Origin: Deltaproteobacteria bacterium
GTDB lineage: Bacteria > Desulfobacterota > GWC2-55-46
Assembly: GCA_016177845.1 (NCBI GenBank)
Contig: JACOUO010000011.1
Span: 50,161-114,160 of the forward strand
DNA length: 64,000 nucleotides
Direction: 5' to 3'
Part shown: positions 1 to 9,918 of the stretch, piece after piece
Numbering within the stretch: position 1 is the stretch's first letter
Layout of the letters: each line of letters starts with the position of its first letter
Made by a program: the position numbers and the translations under genes
Notes under the pieces: generated by a model
Told to the model about the DNA's origin: nothing
The model's input: the letters and a program-made list of their open reading frames with translations, nothing else
Database searches by the model: none

Positions 1-459
1 GCATTCCTTAAGGCCCCGGTCATCGGCGACCTTATAAGAAAGACTGCTGTAGCGAGGTTTACAAGGACCCTCGGCACAATGCTTTCAAGCGGCGTGCCTA
101 TCCTTGAGGGCCTTGAGATAGTCTCCAAGACCTCAGGCAATGTCATAATAGAAGAGGCGATACTGAAGGCCCGCACAAGCCTGAGCCAGGGTAAAACCCT
201 TGCGGAGCCTCTCATGGAAACAAAAGTATTTCCGGGCATGGTCACGCAGATGATAGCCGTTGGAGAGACAACAGGCGCCCTTGACGCAATGCTTACAAAG
301 ATAGCTGATTTTTATGAAGATGAAGTCGATGTGGCTGTTGACGGACTTACTTCGCTTATTGAGCCGATGCTTATGGCATTTCTCGGCATCGTTGTCGGCG
401 GACTGGTCATAGCTCTCTATCTTCCGATATTCCAGATTGCGGGGGCAGCCGCGGGCTAA
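1..459 (+). CDS. pilC: Type IV pilus assembly platform protein PilC (T2SS F family), 5' end outside window
   Basis: Frame is open from base 1 (AFLKAPVIGDLIRK..RFTRTLGTML); contains MIAVGETTGALDAML and LIEP..LYLPIF; followed by pilS-pilR. Confidence 0.93.
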   Translation, partial: AFLKAPVIGDLIRKTAVARFTRTLGTMLSSGVPILEGLEIVSKTSGNVIIEEAILKARTSLSQGKTLAEPLMETKVFPGMVTQMIAVGETTGALDAMLTKIADFYEDEVDVAVDGLTSLIEPMLMAFLGIVVGGLVIALYLPIFQIAGAAAG

Positions 460-465
460 TCAAAA

Positions 466-2124
466 ATGATACAGGCATCTCCCCCAAACCCGCTTAAAGC
501 CAAGCTTCTGGCCATGATGATACTGAGGGTGGTGCTCGCGCTTGCCTTCCTCGGCCTTACCACCTGGTTCCAGATAAAGGGATATTCTTTTGCCAAGCTC
601 AACTTTTATCCCCTTTACGGAATAGTAATCACCGTCGGGCTCCTGACTATAATCTATGCGCTTGTCCTGCACAGGATAGCTAATCTTCGTCTTTTTACCT
701 ACGCGCAGGTAATGATGGATATCGCCCTTGTTACGGTGATAGTCTACATTACCGGCGGGACTGAAAGTTATCTTCAGACCCTCTATCCGCTTGCGGTTAT
801 AGGCAGTTCCATACTTCTCAGTAAAAGGGGCGGCTTTATAGCGGCCTCTGTCTCAAGCATAGCCTACGGCGTGCTTATTGACATGGATTTTTACGGCATG
901 CTGCCGGAGAAGTACAAGGTCTTTGACTCCCCCATCATTCCTGCATGGGAAGATGTGTTTACGACAGTATCCACCAATATCCTCGCCTTTTTTACCGTAG
1001 CGTACCTTACCGGTCATCTCGCCGAGAGGACTGCAAGGGTAGAGAAAGAGCTTGAGGAAAAAGAGGTGGATTATGAAAAACTTGAGGTGCTCAACAGGCA
1101 TATCGTTGAGAACATCACAAGCGGAATAATGACCCTTGACGAGAAGTTGAGGATAACTTCTTTTAACCGCGAGGCTGAGGCCGTAACAGGGTATACGCTC
1201 AAGGATGTCTATTACAGGGATGTCAATGACATCTTCCCTGAGATGATGAGCAACGGGCATGATACCGGAGGCGTAAGGTTAGAGAAGAAGTTCAAGAAAA
1301 AGAGCGGTGACGAGATATGCCTCGGATTTACCGTGTCGCAGGGCCAGGGCGGGGATGCGGACTCAATAATTATTTTTCAGGATTTGACGCAGCTTAAGGC
1401 AATGGAAGAGCAGCTTAGAAGGGACGAGAAGCTAAAGGCCCTTGGCGAGCTTTCAGTTGGCATAGCGCACGAGATAAGAAACCCGCTTGCCTCCATCAGC
1501 GGTTCAATTCAGGTATTAAAGGGTGAGCTTGACCTTTCAGGAGATAATGAACACTTGATGGAGATAGTGCTCAGGGAGACTGAGAGGCTAAACGCCCTCA
1601 TTACGGATTATCTCCTTTTTGCCAGGCCTGCGCAGGAGAAAAGGGAGCGGATAGACTTAAGCGGGCTTATCAATGAGACCGTAAAGATATTCATGAACTG
1701 CAAGGAAGCGGACTCCATTAATATTAATAACCAGATTGAGGACGGGATTTACATAGAGGGGGATTCGCGCCAGCTTGGGCAGGTCTTCTGGAATCTGTTT
1801 ATCAATGCTGCCCATGCCATGCCCGATGGAGGGAGCTTGACTATCACCTCAAGGTTTGATTTTATAACCGAGAGGGGCTCAGGCAGACCCAGCTCTTTTA
1901 TCGATATAAAGATATCTGACTCCGGGCAGGGAATAACCTCAGAGAACCTTAACAGGATATTTGACCCGTTCTTTTCAACAAAGGACCAGGGAACAGGGCT
2001 TGGACTTGCGATAGTGCACAGGATAGTGACAAGCCACGGCGGCTCAATAGGGGTAAAGAGCAGGTTTGGAAAAGGGACTACTTTCAGAATAAGGCTTCCG
2101 CTTGAGGCGGCTGGCTTAAATTAG
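466..2124 (+). CDS. pilS: Membrane PAS sensor histidine kinase PilS
   Basis: N-terminal TM helices, PAS region, H-box AHEIRNPL, N/G1/F/G2 boxes (DSGQGI, FDPFFSTK, GTGLGL); synteny with pilC and pilR. Confidence 0.88.
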   Translation: MIQASPPNPLKAKLLAMMILRVVLALAFLGLTTWFQIKGYSFAKLNFYPLYGIVITVGLLTIIYALVLHRIANLRLFTYAQVMMDIALVTVIVYITGGTESYLQTLYPLAVIGSSILLSKRGGFIAASVSSIAYGVLIDMDFYGMLPEKYKVFDSPIIPAWEDVFTTVSTNILAFFTVAYLTGHLAERTARVEKELEEKEVDYEKLEVLNRHIVENITSGIMTLDEKLRITSFNREAEAVTGYTLKDVYYRDVNDIFPEMMSNGHDTGGVRLEKKFKKKSGDEICLGFTVSQGQGGDADSIIIFQDLTQLKAMEEQLRRDEKLKALGELSVGIAHEIRNPLASISGSIQVLKGELDLSGDNEHLMEIVLRETERLNALITDYLLFARPAQEKRERIDLSGLINETVKIFMNCKEADSININNQIEDGIYIEGDSRQLGQVFWNLFINAAHAMPDGGSLTITSRFDFITERGSGRPSSFIDIKISDSGQGITSENLNRIFDPFFSTKDQGTGLGLAIVHRIVTSHGGSIGVKSRFGKGTTFRIRLPLEAAGLN

Positions 2125-2132
2125 AGAATTCA

Positions 2133-3530
2133 ATGGCTAAGAACAAAATCTTAATAGTAGATGATGAAAGGGACATGAGGGACTTCCTGGCTATAATGCT
2201 CAGGAAGGAAGGCTATGAAGTCGAGACCCTGCCCTCAGCCAAATTGGCCCTTGATTACTGCAGGGAAAACCATATCGACCTTGTCATCTCGGATGTCAGG
2301 ATGCCCATAATGGGCGGGGTGGATTTCCTTAAGGCCGTAAAGGAGCTTGATAAGGATATCATTGTAATAATGATAACTGCTTATGCCTCTGTAGAGACAG
2401 CCATCGAGGCAATGAAGTCAGGCGCGTATGATTATTTTACCAAGCCTTTTAACATTGACGAAGTAAAGCTCAATATCAAAAAGGCGCTTAAGGCAAAAAG
2501 CCTTGAGAAAGAGAACGAGATACTCAGGAAAGACCTCAAGACAAAATTCGGGTTCAGCAATCTTATCGGCGCAAGCCAGAAGATGAAGGATGTCTACAGC
2601 CTCATAATGAGTGTTGCAGGCACAAAGACCAACATCTTCATAACCGGCGAAAGCGGCACAGGCAAGGAGCTGGTAGCAAGGGCGATACACTACGAGAGCG
2701 ACAGAAAAGATAAGCCCTTTATAGCTGTCAATTGCGGGGCGATACCGGATAATCTTATGGAGAGCGAGCTCTTCGGACATCAGAAAGGCGCGTTTACAGG
2801 AGCTGTATCGAATAAGGAAGGCCTTGCCGAACAGGCTGACGGGGGCACTCTGTTCCTGGATGAGCTTACTGAACTTCCTCTGCATCTTCAGGTAAAGCTT
2901 CTGAGGTTCATACAGGAGAGGAACTTCAGAAGGGTAGGCGGCACAGTCGATACAACGGTAGATGTACGGCTTATAGCTGCTTCCAACAGGGACCTTGAAG
3001 CAGAGGTAAAGGCTGGCAGGTTCAGGGAAGACCTTTTCTACAGGCTCAATGTCATAAGGATAAGCCTACCTCCTTTGAGGGAGCGCAGGGAAGACATAGC
3101 GATGCTTGCCAGGCACTTCATGGAAAAGTTCAGTGCGGAACTTGGCAAAGATGTAAGGAAAATATCAGAGACAGCAATGGGCCTGATAGTGAACCACGAG
3201 TTCTCGGGAAATGTCAGGGAGCTTGAAAATGTGATTGAGAGGGCGGTAACGCTTGAGCCGTCAGATACCATTACGCCTGAGAGCCTGCCTGATTATATCA
3301 GGGACAGGACGATGGCAACGGCATCGGTCAATGACGGCGAGACAGAGGCGCTAAAAGTGCCTGAGAGCGGAATGGACCTTGAAAAGACTGTTGAGGAATT
3401 TGAAAAGGCGATAATCATGGACGCCTTGAAAAAAACAAGAGGAGTAAAGAAAAGGGCTGCGGAGCTCCTTGGGCTTTCATTCAGGTCCATGAGATACAAA
3501 CTAAGCAAATATGACATCCCGGAAGACTGA
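2133..3530 (+). CDS. pilR: Sigma54-dependent response regulator PilR
   Basis: Receiver domain, GESGTGKE, ESELFGH, GAFTGA, C-terminal HTH with SFRSMRY; directly after pilS. Confidence 0.9.
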   Translation: MAKNKILIVDDERDMRDFLAIMLRKEGYEVETLPSAKLALDYCRENHIDLVISDVRMPIMGGVDFLKAVKELDKDIIVIMITAYASVETAIEAMKSGAYDYFTKPFNIDEVKLNIKKALKAKSLEKENEILRKDLKTKFGFSNLIGASQKMKDVYSLIMSVAGTKTNIFITGESGTGKELVARAIHYESDRKDKPFIAVNCGAIPDNLMESELFGHQKGAFTGAVSNKEGLAEQADGGTLFLDELTELPLHLQVKLLRFIQERNFRRVGGTVDTTVDVRLIAASNRDLEAEVKAGRFREDLFYRLNVIRISLPPLRERREDIAMLARHFMEKFSAELGKDVRKISETAMGLIVNHEFSGNVRELENVIERAVTLEPSDTITPESLPDYIRDRTMATASVNDGETEALKVPESGMDLEKTVEEFEKAIIMDALKKTRGVKKRAAELLGLSFRSMRYKLSKYDIPED

Positions 3531-5793
3531 ACAGTCCGTTAAAATAATATCTGCTGTATTACTCTTTGGGCTTGGGATATTCCTCCTCCTTTCAGCTTAT
3601 CAGAAACAGCAATGGGATTCTGACATATTCTGGGCGCTGAAAAGCGGTGAGTGGATATTCTCAAACCTTAAAGTCCCTGCCACAGACCCGTTCTCCTATA
3701 CATTCGGGGGAAAACCATGGGTTGATTTTACATGGGGTTTTCAGGTACTGGTCTATTCGTTCTTCAACTATCTCGGAGGCTGGAACGGCCTGTTCATATT
3801 TCAGGTAATACTGACCTCTCTGACCTTTCTTTTCATCTATCTCAACCTTAGGCTTTTGACCTCGAACAGGACTTGGCTCAATATTACCTTCCTGTTTCTT
3901 GTTTATGTCTGCGCACATTCAAGGCTTTTTATAAGGCCGCACCTCTTTGAATATTTCTTTGTTTCGCTCTATCTGCTCCTGCTGACTCTGTATGAGAAAA
4001 AAGGGAGTTCATTGTATTTATATTTGATGCTGCCTTTGCAGGTCTTATGGGTGAACATCCACTCAAGCGCAATACTCGGCATTTTTATAGCAGGCTCTTA
4101 TGCGGCGGGCAAGATAATCGATGAGCTTCGCAGCGACGGCTTTAAGATAAAGGGCTCATCAAGCATAAATGCCCTTATATTTATGCCTGCCCTTCTTCCG
4201 ATTGTATCTCTGATAAACCCATACGGGCTTAAGCTCGTTGTATTTCCTTTTATCCATCACGGCATTGATAATGCCGACGCGATAAAGCATATAGGGGAGT
4301 GGCTAAAGCCTAATCTCAAAGAGCTTTTCTTTTTCTTTTACCCTTTCCCGCTTGATCATTTCGCTTTCGTTCTGCTGTTTACGGCTGTTGTAATCTCCTT
4401 AGCCCTGAATTTCAGGAAATTAAAGGCAAGATACATTTTCCTGCTTGCGGCGGCCCTTTACATGGCTACCTCGCACACAAGATGGATTGCGTTATTTGCG
4501 TTTTTTGCCGCCCCGATAGCGGCAGCCAACATCTGCTCTTATCTGGAGAGTAAGGTTTGCAGTGAAAAATTCTTAAGCCGCTCAGCCCTTGCTCTTTCCG
4601 TTTTCATGGCTATTGTCATGGGGATAGTATTTTCAACAGGGCATCTCAGGGATAATTTCGGCATTGGCAAAAGGGAAGGGGTATTCCCCGAGGGAACTGT
4701 AGCCTTCATGAAAAAGGAAGGCATAAAGGGCAATATCTATAATGAGTATATATTTGGCGGCTATCTTATCCACGAATACCCTGAAGTGAAGGTGTTTATA
4801 GACGGAAGGACGCCTACGGTCTATTCCCCGTATTTCTTCTGGATGACGAGGCTTGCCGAGGACCCTGCTCATTGGAAGAAGATGGTAAAAGAATACGATA
4901 TAAAGATGGCGCTTATAAAAATCGACAGCAAATTTTGCGGTCAGCTCAGGAGCAGCAGGGAGTGGGCCCCGGTGAGCTTTGACGATGTGTCCATACTGTT
5001 TCTTAAAAATGCAGATGAATATAAGGATGTGATATCAAGGTGGGGCATGACCGAGCTTAACCCGTGCTCAGAAGGAGCGAGGTATAAGCTCCCGAATGAT
5101 CCTGTAGCCCTTGACACGATAAAAGGCGAGCTTGAGAGGGTAATCTCTTATAATGAGGGTTTTGCAAGGCCTCACAGGCTTCTTGGGCTCCTTTACACAG
5201 AACTCGGCGGAGAGAGCCTCGGTAAAGCCGTATCTGAATTCGAGAAGGCTCTTGCGATAGTTCAAAACCCGTTTATTTACTATGATTATGCTGTCGCGCT
5301 TGGGAAGATGACGCGACATAACGATGCCATAGCCGCATTTAAAAAGGCAATAGACGGAGATGAGGAGTTTAAGGACGCCTATCTTGGCCTCGGAGTTGCC
5401 TACCATGACCTGAAAGAAAATAAGGAAGCTGTAAAAGCGCTCTCAAAATACATTACCCTTGCTGATGACACCAGCGACCCTATTGCTTATAAGATACTCG
5501 GGTTATCTTATTTCGAACTTGGGGAATTTGAACCGGCTGCTATTTACCTGAAAAGGGCGGCTTTTGCCATCAATGACCCTAAGGAGCTTGGCAATATAAA
5601 TTACTATTTGGGCAATGCCTTATTCGAAGCCGGTGAGGATGAAGAAGGGCTTAAATATTACTCAAGGGCTATTGCCATAAACCCCGAATACAAAGATGTC
5701 CTGCAGAACCTCTCAGATAATCTCAGAAGATCAGGCAAAAGCGGCAGAGCGGATAAGATATCTTCCATAGTTTCTTCTGAAAAGGCCGAATAA
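3511..5793 (+). CDS. Polytopic membrane protein with C-terminal TPRs; putative GT-C-fold glycosyltransferase
   Basis: Acidic motif in first external loop (WDSDIFW..DPFSYT..PW), about 11-13 hydrophobic segments, soluble NEYIFGGYL..FIDGR domain, TPR-like repeats. Confidence 0.6.
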   Translation: MTSRKTEQSVKIISAVLLFGLGIFLLLSAYQKQQWDSDIFWALKSGEWIFSNLKVPATDPFSYTFGGKPWVDFTWGFQVLVYSFFNYLGGWNGLFIFQVILTSLTFLFIYLNLRLLTSNRTWLNITFLFLVYVCAHSRLFIRPHLFEYFFVSLYLLLLTLYEKKGSSLYLYLMLPLQVLWVNIHSSAILGIFIAGSYAAGKIIDELRSDGFKIKGSSSINALIFMPALLPIVSLINPYGLKLVVFPFIHHGIDNADAIKHIGEWLKPNLKELFFFFYPFPLDHFAFVLLFTAVVISLALNFRKLKARYIFLLAAALYMATSHTRWIALFAFFAAPIAAANICSYLESKVCSEKFLSRSALALSVFMAIVMGIVFSTGHLRDNFGIGKREGVFPEGTVAFMKKEGIKGNIYNEYIFGGYLIHEYPEVKVFIDGRTPTVYSPYFFWMTRLAEDPAHWKKMVKEYDIKMALIKIDSKFCGQLRSSREWAPVSFDDVSILFLKNADEYKDVISRWGMTELNPCSEGARYKLPNDPVALDTIKGELERVISYNEGFARPHRLLGLLYTELGGESLGKAVSEFEKALAIVQNPFIYYDYAVALGKMTRHNDAIAAFKKAIDGDEEFKDAYLGLGVAYHDLKENKEAVKALSKYITLADDTSDPIAYKILGLSYFELGEFEPAAIYLKRAAFAINDPKELGNINYYLGNALFEAGEDEEGLKYYSRAIAINPEYKDVLQNLSDNLRRSGKSGRADKISSIVSSEKAE

Positions 5794-5837
5794 AGCCTGT
5801 TCTTTCCATGAAAAAAATTCAAGGCGTCAGCGAAAAT

Positions 5838-5878
5838 TGACATAAAATGTCAGAATAGTGACAAAAAATGTCACTATT
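5838..5878. promoter_or_regulatory. Putative PilR enhancer: two TGACA-N5-TGTCA palindromes 21 bp apart
   Basis: TGACA-TAAAA-TGTCA (5838-5852) and AATAGTGACA-AAAAA-TGTCACTATT (5854-5878), about 90-130 bp upstream of the predicted sigma54 start. Confidence 0.65.
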
Positions 5879-5938
5879 AAAGTTTTTCAAAAGTACACAG
5901 GAAATCGTAAGTAGTTGTTTTGTAATAATTTCATGTTT

Positions 5939-5954
5939 TGGCATGGGCATTGCA
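5939..5954 (+). promoter_or_regulatory. Sigma54 (-24/-12) promoter of pilA
   Basis: TGGCATGGGCATTGCA, exact GG-N10-GC spacing; upstream of pilA and near pilR. Confidence 0.85.
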
Positions 5955-6044
5955 CATTAGTATATGCAAAACGATTTAAGTTTTTCGGTGCAAGTCCGAA
6001 GATTTAAATAAGTTCAAAATCAAAATGCCGGAAGGAGGAAAGAA

Positions 6045-6446
6045 ATGTTTCTACAGAGAATGCTGAAAAGGATTAAAAGAGAAGAAGGTTTTACACTGGT
6101 CGAGTTGCTGATAGTCGTTGCTATCATCGCAATACTCGCGGCAATCGCAATCCCGCAGTTCACAAAATACAGGCTGAGGGGCTACAAGACAGAGCTTGAC
6201 TCTGACGCAAAGAATGCGTACACAGCTGCTCAGGCTTATCTTACAGATAACCCGGCACAGACTGTTGACAGCATCGACAAGCTCAAAGCAGGCGGATACC
6301 AGAAGTCTACAAATGTGGCCTTTACAAACGGCTCAATGACACTTTCAGCCGGCAATATAGAGCTGGATACAACAGCCGGTGGCCTTACAGACAACAACTC
6401 AGTTGTATTCTTCAACGGCAGGATCGTTTTCGCGAACACACCCTGA
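6045..6446 (+). CDS. pilA: Type IVa major pilin
   Basis: Prepilin cleavage site EEG|FTLVE with E5, hydrophobic helix to P22, RBS AAGGAGG, own promoter and terminator. Confidence 0.93.
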   Translation: MFLQRMLKRIKREEGFTLVELLIVVAIIAILAAIAIPQFTKYRLRGYKTELDSDAKNAYTAAQAYLTDNPAQTVDSIDKLKAGGYQKSTNVAFTNGSMTLSAGNIELDTTAGGLTDNNSVVFFNGRIVFANTP

Positions 6447-6470
6447 TCCTGGCTTATAACAGCATGAATG

Positions 6471-6503
6471 AAAAGGAGGGGTTCTTACCCCTCCTTTTTT
6501 TTT
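6471..6503 (+). terminator. Rho-independent terminator after pilA
   Basis: AAAAGGAGGGGT-TCTT-ACCCCTCCTTTT followed by a T run. Confidence 0.85.
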
Positions 6504-6538
6504 ACTTTTTTGCATTTCTGTATTAATATGAAAATCTA

Positions 6539-8248
6539 ATGAAGAAAAGCCTCATCAATCTTTCATACCTGCTTTTAATCCCGCTTGGGCTTATTATCTA
6601 TGCAAAGGTATTAAACGGGCCTTTTGTCTTTGACGACCATGCCTATATTGCCCTCAATCCCTGGGTAAAGTCATTAAGCAATTTCATCGATGTAAAAGGT
6701 ATGCGGTATGCAGGGGATTTAAGTTTTGCGCTTACCTACAAATTTTGGGCGCTCGACCCTTTCGGCTATCACCTCATAAATGTATTAATCCACATTGTTA
6801 ATTCCATAATTGTATTTTTCCTGTGCGGGCTTATATTGAAAACTCCGCTTTTAAAGGCGAAGTTATCAGATGAGCGCAAGGTCCTCTGGTTTTCCTTCTG
6901 TGTCTCTTTGATTTTTCTCTGCCATCCCATACAGACTCAGGCAGTAGCCTACATAAGCCAGAGATATACCTCGTTGGCGACTCTTTTCTATTTGGCGTCC
7001 TGTTCTTCATACCTGAAGGCACGGCTTTTGAGGTCTGAGGACAAGAGGCATCTTCATTGGTATGTTACCGCTTTTATCTCCGCTATATTTGCAATGAAGA
7101 CAAAGGAGATAAGTTTCACCCTGCCTTTTGTGGTCATGATTCTGGAGTTCAGCCTTTTTTCCTCTGATATCAGCTTTGGAAAACGGATTAAGTTTCTCGC
7201 GCCTATTCTGCTTACGGCAATTATCATCCCCTTGAGTCTTATATTGCCTGATGTGGGCATAACAGAGGGCGGCAACAGGGCTGAAGAGCTTTTCAGGCTT
7301 CGTAAGTTAAATGAGGCCGCTTCGATTTCACGCTATCAATATCTTCTCACTGAAACGACTGTCATAATTACTTATCTTCGTCTCATGTTCCTGCCTGTGG
7401 GCCAGCATTTCAATTACTATTACCCTCTCGCAGAGTCGATATTTGAACCTGTAGTTTTACTATCATTCATCGTCCTGTCTCTTTTTTTTATCTCGGGCAT
7501 CTATCTGCTCTTTCGTTCTGAAAAAGGCTGGGGCAGGATTGCGGGCCTCGGCATGGTGTGGTTTTTCATAACCCTTTCAGTAGAATCTTCCGTAATCCCT
7601 ATAAGGGATGTGATAAATGAGCACAGGATGTATCTGCCTGCTTTCGGCCTCATTATCGCTTTCTTCTCAGGGGTATTTTACCTGTTGGAATCCGCAATAA
7701 AACGGGGGAGCAGATTGGATGCTGAAAAGGCAGTTGCGATCATGCTTATCATTATTGCGGTGCCTCTTTCATCAGCCTCGTACATGAGGAATACTGTTTG
7801 GGGCAATAAGTTCCTTTTATACGCCGATGAGGTTAAAAAAAATCCCTTATCGGTCAGCCCTCATATGAACATCGGCATAATTTATTATGAGCGCGGGCAA
7901 TATAACGAAGCCATCGGCCACTTCAAAGAGGCTGAGAGGATAAACCCTGCTTCTGTCTATGTGCACAGGACGCTTGGGAAATTTTATTTTCATATCGGCG
8001 ATATGGATAAGGCTATGGAAGAATACAGAAAGATAATCACTCTGGATCCTGACAGGGAGGAATATATCGAAGCGCGGTACAACCTTGGCGTGCTTTACAT
8101 GAAAAAAGGATTTTTTAATATGGCCGAGGAAGAATTCAGAAAGGTGCTTGAAAAAAATAATAATGACAAGCACGCAATAAAAGCGCTGGAGATGATATCA
8201 AAACAAAAAGCCAACAAAGCGCCATTCGCTGTCAAAGAGAGCAAATGA
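6539..8248 (+). CDS. TMTC-like (protein O-mannosyltransferase-related) GT-C membrane protein with TPRs
   Basis: FVFDD..I..NP, GYHLINVLIH, HPIQTQAVAYISQR, KTKE, EHRMYLP, RN.VW motifs, then TPRs, as in the TMTC family. Confidence 0.75.
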   Translation: MKKSLINLSYLLLIPLGLIIYAKVLNGPFVFDDHAYIALNPWVKSLSNFIDVKGMRYAGDLSFALTYKFWALDPFGYHLINVLIHIVNSIIVFFLCGLILKTPLLKAKLSDERKVLWFSFCVSLIFLCHPIQTQAVAYISQRYTSLATLFYLASCSSYLKARLLRSEDKRHLHWYVTAFISAIFAMKTKEISFTLPFVVMILEFSLFSSDISFGKRIKFLAPILLTAIIIPLSLILPDVGITEGGNRAEELFRLRKLNEAASISRYQYLLTETTVIITYLRLMFLPVGQHFNYYYPLAESIFEPVVLLSFIVLSLFFISGIYLLFRSEKGWGRIAGLGMVWFFITLSVESSVIPIRDVINEHRMYLPAFGLIIAFFSGVFYLLESAIKRGSRLDAEKAVAIMLIIIAVPLSSASYMRNTVWGNKFLLYADEVKKNPLSVSPHMNIGIIYYERGQYNEAIGHFKEAERINPASVYVHRTLGKFYFHIGDMDKAMEEYRKIITLDPDREEYIEARYNLGVLYMKKGFFNMAEEEFRKVLEKNNNDKHAIKALEMISKQKANKAPFAVKESK

Positions 8249-9918
8249 AAGGCTCTATGAACAGGAACCTTAATATAATTTGGATACTTGTCGTAGCCTT
8301 TACCGCTATCCTCGGGCTTGAGCTGATTGACAACAGGGTCTCAAGCATCAGGGGAGGGGACGCGATAAATTATATCCTTCTGGCGAAATCCATTGCTACG
8401 GGGCATGGCTTCGCTGATATCAATATACCGGGTTTTCCTCCTCACACCCAGTACCCTCCGATACTGCCGCTCATCCTAAGCCCTGTCTATTATCTGTACG
8501 GGTTTAATTTTGTTCTGATGAGGCTTGTAGTCGTGCTTTTCGCGATAGGCTCTGTCTGTCTGGTCAAACGCATATTCGAAAAGGAGTCTGACAAAGGCAT
8601 CGGGATTTTTCTTTCGCTGATAACAGGGACGAACTTCTACTTCCTGTTCTTCGCCAAGGAACTGATGACCGAAATCCCTTACATGTTCCTTTCGCTGCTC
8701 GCTATCTTCTGTCTTGACAGGTATTCATCGGAAAAAGCAGGCGGCAGATATCTGGTATTCGGCAGCATACTCCTGTCAATCGCTTACCTTACAAGGATGA
8801 TAGGCATTACGCTTTACGCGGCTGCGGCAATTTACATTATAATAGATACATTCAGAACAAGAGGAGACGGAAATAAGAAAAAGGGACTTTTCTTTTTATT
8901 GGCCGTTGGCGGTCTGCCGTTCCTGATATGGATGATAAGGGGAAGCTTATATTCCCATGATGTCTCTACTTATGAATCCATCTTCATGCAGGCTGATTAT
9001 TACGCGAATGATAGCGGTTCAGCCGGGCTTGGCTCACTCTTTGGCAGGGCATATGAGAATATCGGATACTACATCGATACTCTACCAAAGGGACTCATCA
9101 GCTTTATAGATATAAAACATTATCTCAATGCGCTCCCTCTTAAGATATTCTATCTGCTTGTTCTGTTCATTATGCTCTTAGGTTTCGCTATCGAGCTTTA
9201 CAGGAAAAGAGGGATAAAGGATTTCTATATCCTATTTTATTTCATACTGCTTGCCGTATGGCCTGTGTACGGCTCAGGCGACGCAAGGAGGTATATCGTT
9301 CCAATACTTCCTTTCCTGTATTTTTATTTTTTCAGAGGGTTTTGTGCGTTAGGAAGTCTAAAAAATGTCTTCAGAGAAAGCAGCAGGCTCACTCTTAACA
9401 AAGCAGCGGTTTTTCCTGTCATTTTATTCTTATCTTTCAATATTGCCGAAATATACAGGATGGTCTATCCGCCCGATGCCTTAAAAAGGATAAACTCAGC
9501 AGTAAAATATCTCGCAATATATTCAGGAGAGAGGGTTGATAACATTGAGCTTGATACTGTCTCTGAACATTTCAAAATGAATTCACCATGCTACAGTAAA
9601 TACCTTGAGACAGCTTTTGGGGCTAAATCCATCTTAGGCGCTCAGGATGTTGTCATGACAAGAAAGCCTGAGGTGGTCTACCTTATTACAGGCGGGTATT
9701 CCGTTAGATTTCCATATACGAAAGATGACGGCAGGATGAAGGAGTTTATCAAGGGCAGGGATGTTGACTTCGTGCTTGTTGACCAATGCTATCCTGAGGC
9801 GACCGCTTATCTGGTCCCTTTTATCTCATCAAATCCGGGTATGTTCGACACTGTCTTTGATGATGCAAAAGGGACCGTTCTTTTAAAGGTGAAAAAAGCT
9901 TCGGTTAAGCCGGAGTAA
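8245..9918 (+). CDS. PMT/ArnT-like (GT39/GT83-related) membrane glycosyltransferase
   Basis: GGDAINY..LAKSI..G.GF..YPP motif after the first TM, LMTEIPY, TRMIG, RRY..P; multiple TMs; ATGA overlap with the previous gene. Confidence 0.65.
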   Translation: MKGSMNRNLNIIWILVVAFTAILGLELIDNRVSSIRGGDAINYILLAKSIATGHGFADINIPGFPPHTQYPPILPLILSPVYYLYGFNFVLMRLVVVLFAIGSVCLVKRIFEKESDKGIGIFLSLITGTNFYFLFFAKELMTEIPYMFLSLLAIFCLDRYSSEKAGGRYLVFGSILLSIAYLTRMIGITLYAAAAIYIIIDTFRTRGDGNKKKGLFFLLAVGGLPFLIWMIRGSLYSHDVSTYESIFMQADYYANDSGSAGLGSLFGRAYENIGYYIDTLPKGLISFIDIKHYLNALPLKIFYLLVLFIMLLGFAIELYRKRGIKDFYILFYFILLAVWPVYGSGDARRYIVPILPFLYFYFFRGFCALGSLKNVFRESSRLTLNKAAVFPVILFLSFNIAEIYRMVYPPDALKRINSAVKYLAIYSGERVDNIELDTVSEHFKMNSPCYSKYLETAFGAKSILGAQDVVMTRKPEVVYLITGGYSVRFPYTKDDGRMKEFIKGRDVDFVLVDQCYPEATAYLVPFISSNPGMFDTVFDDAKGTVLLKVKKASVKPE

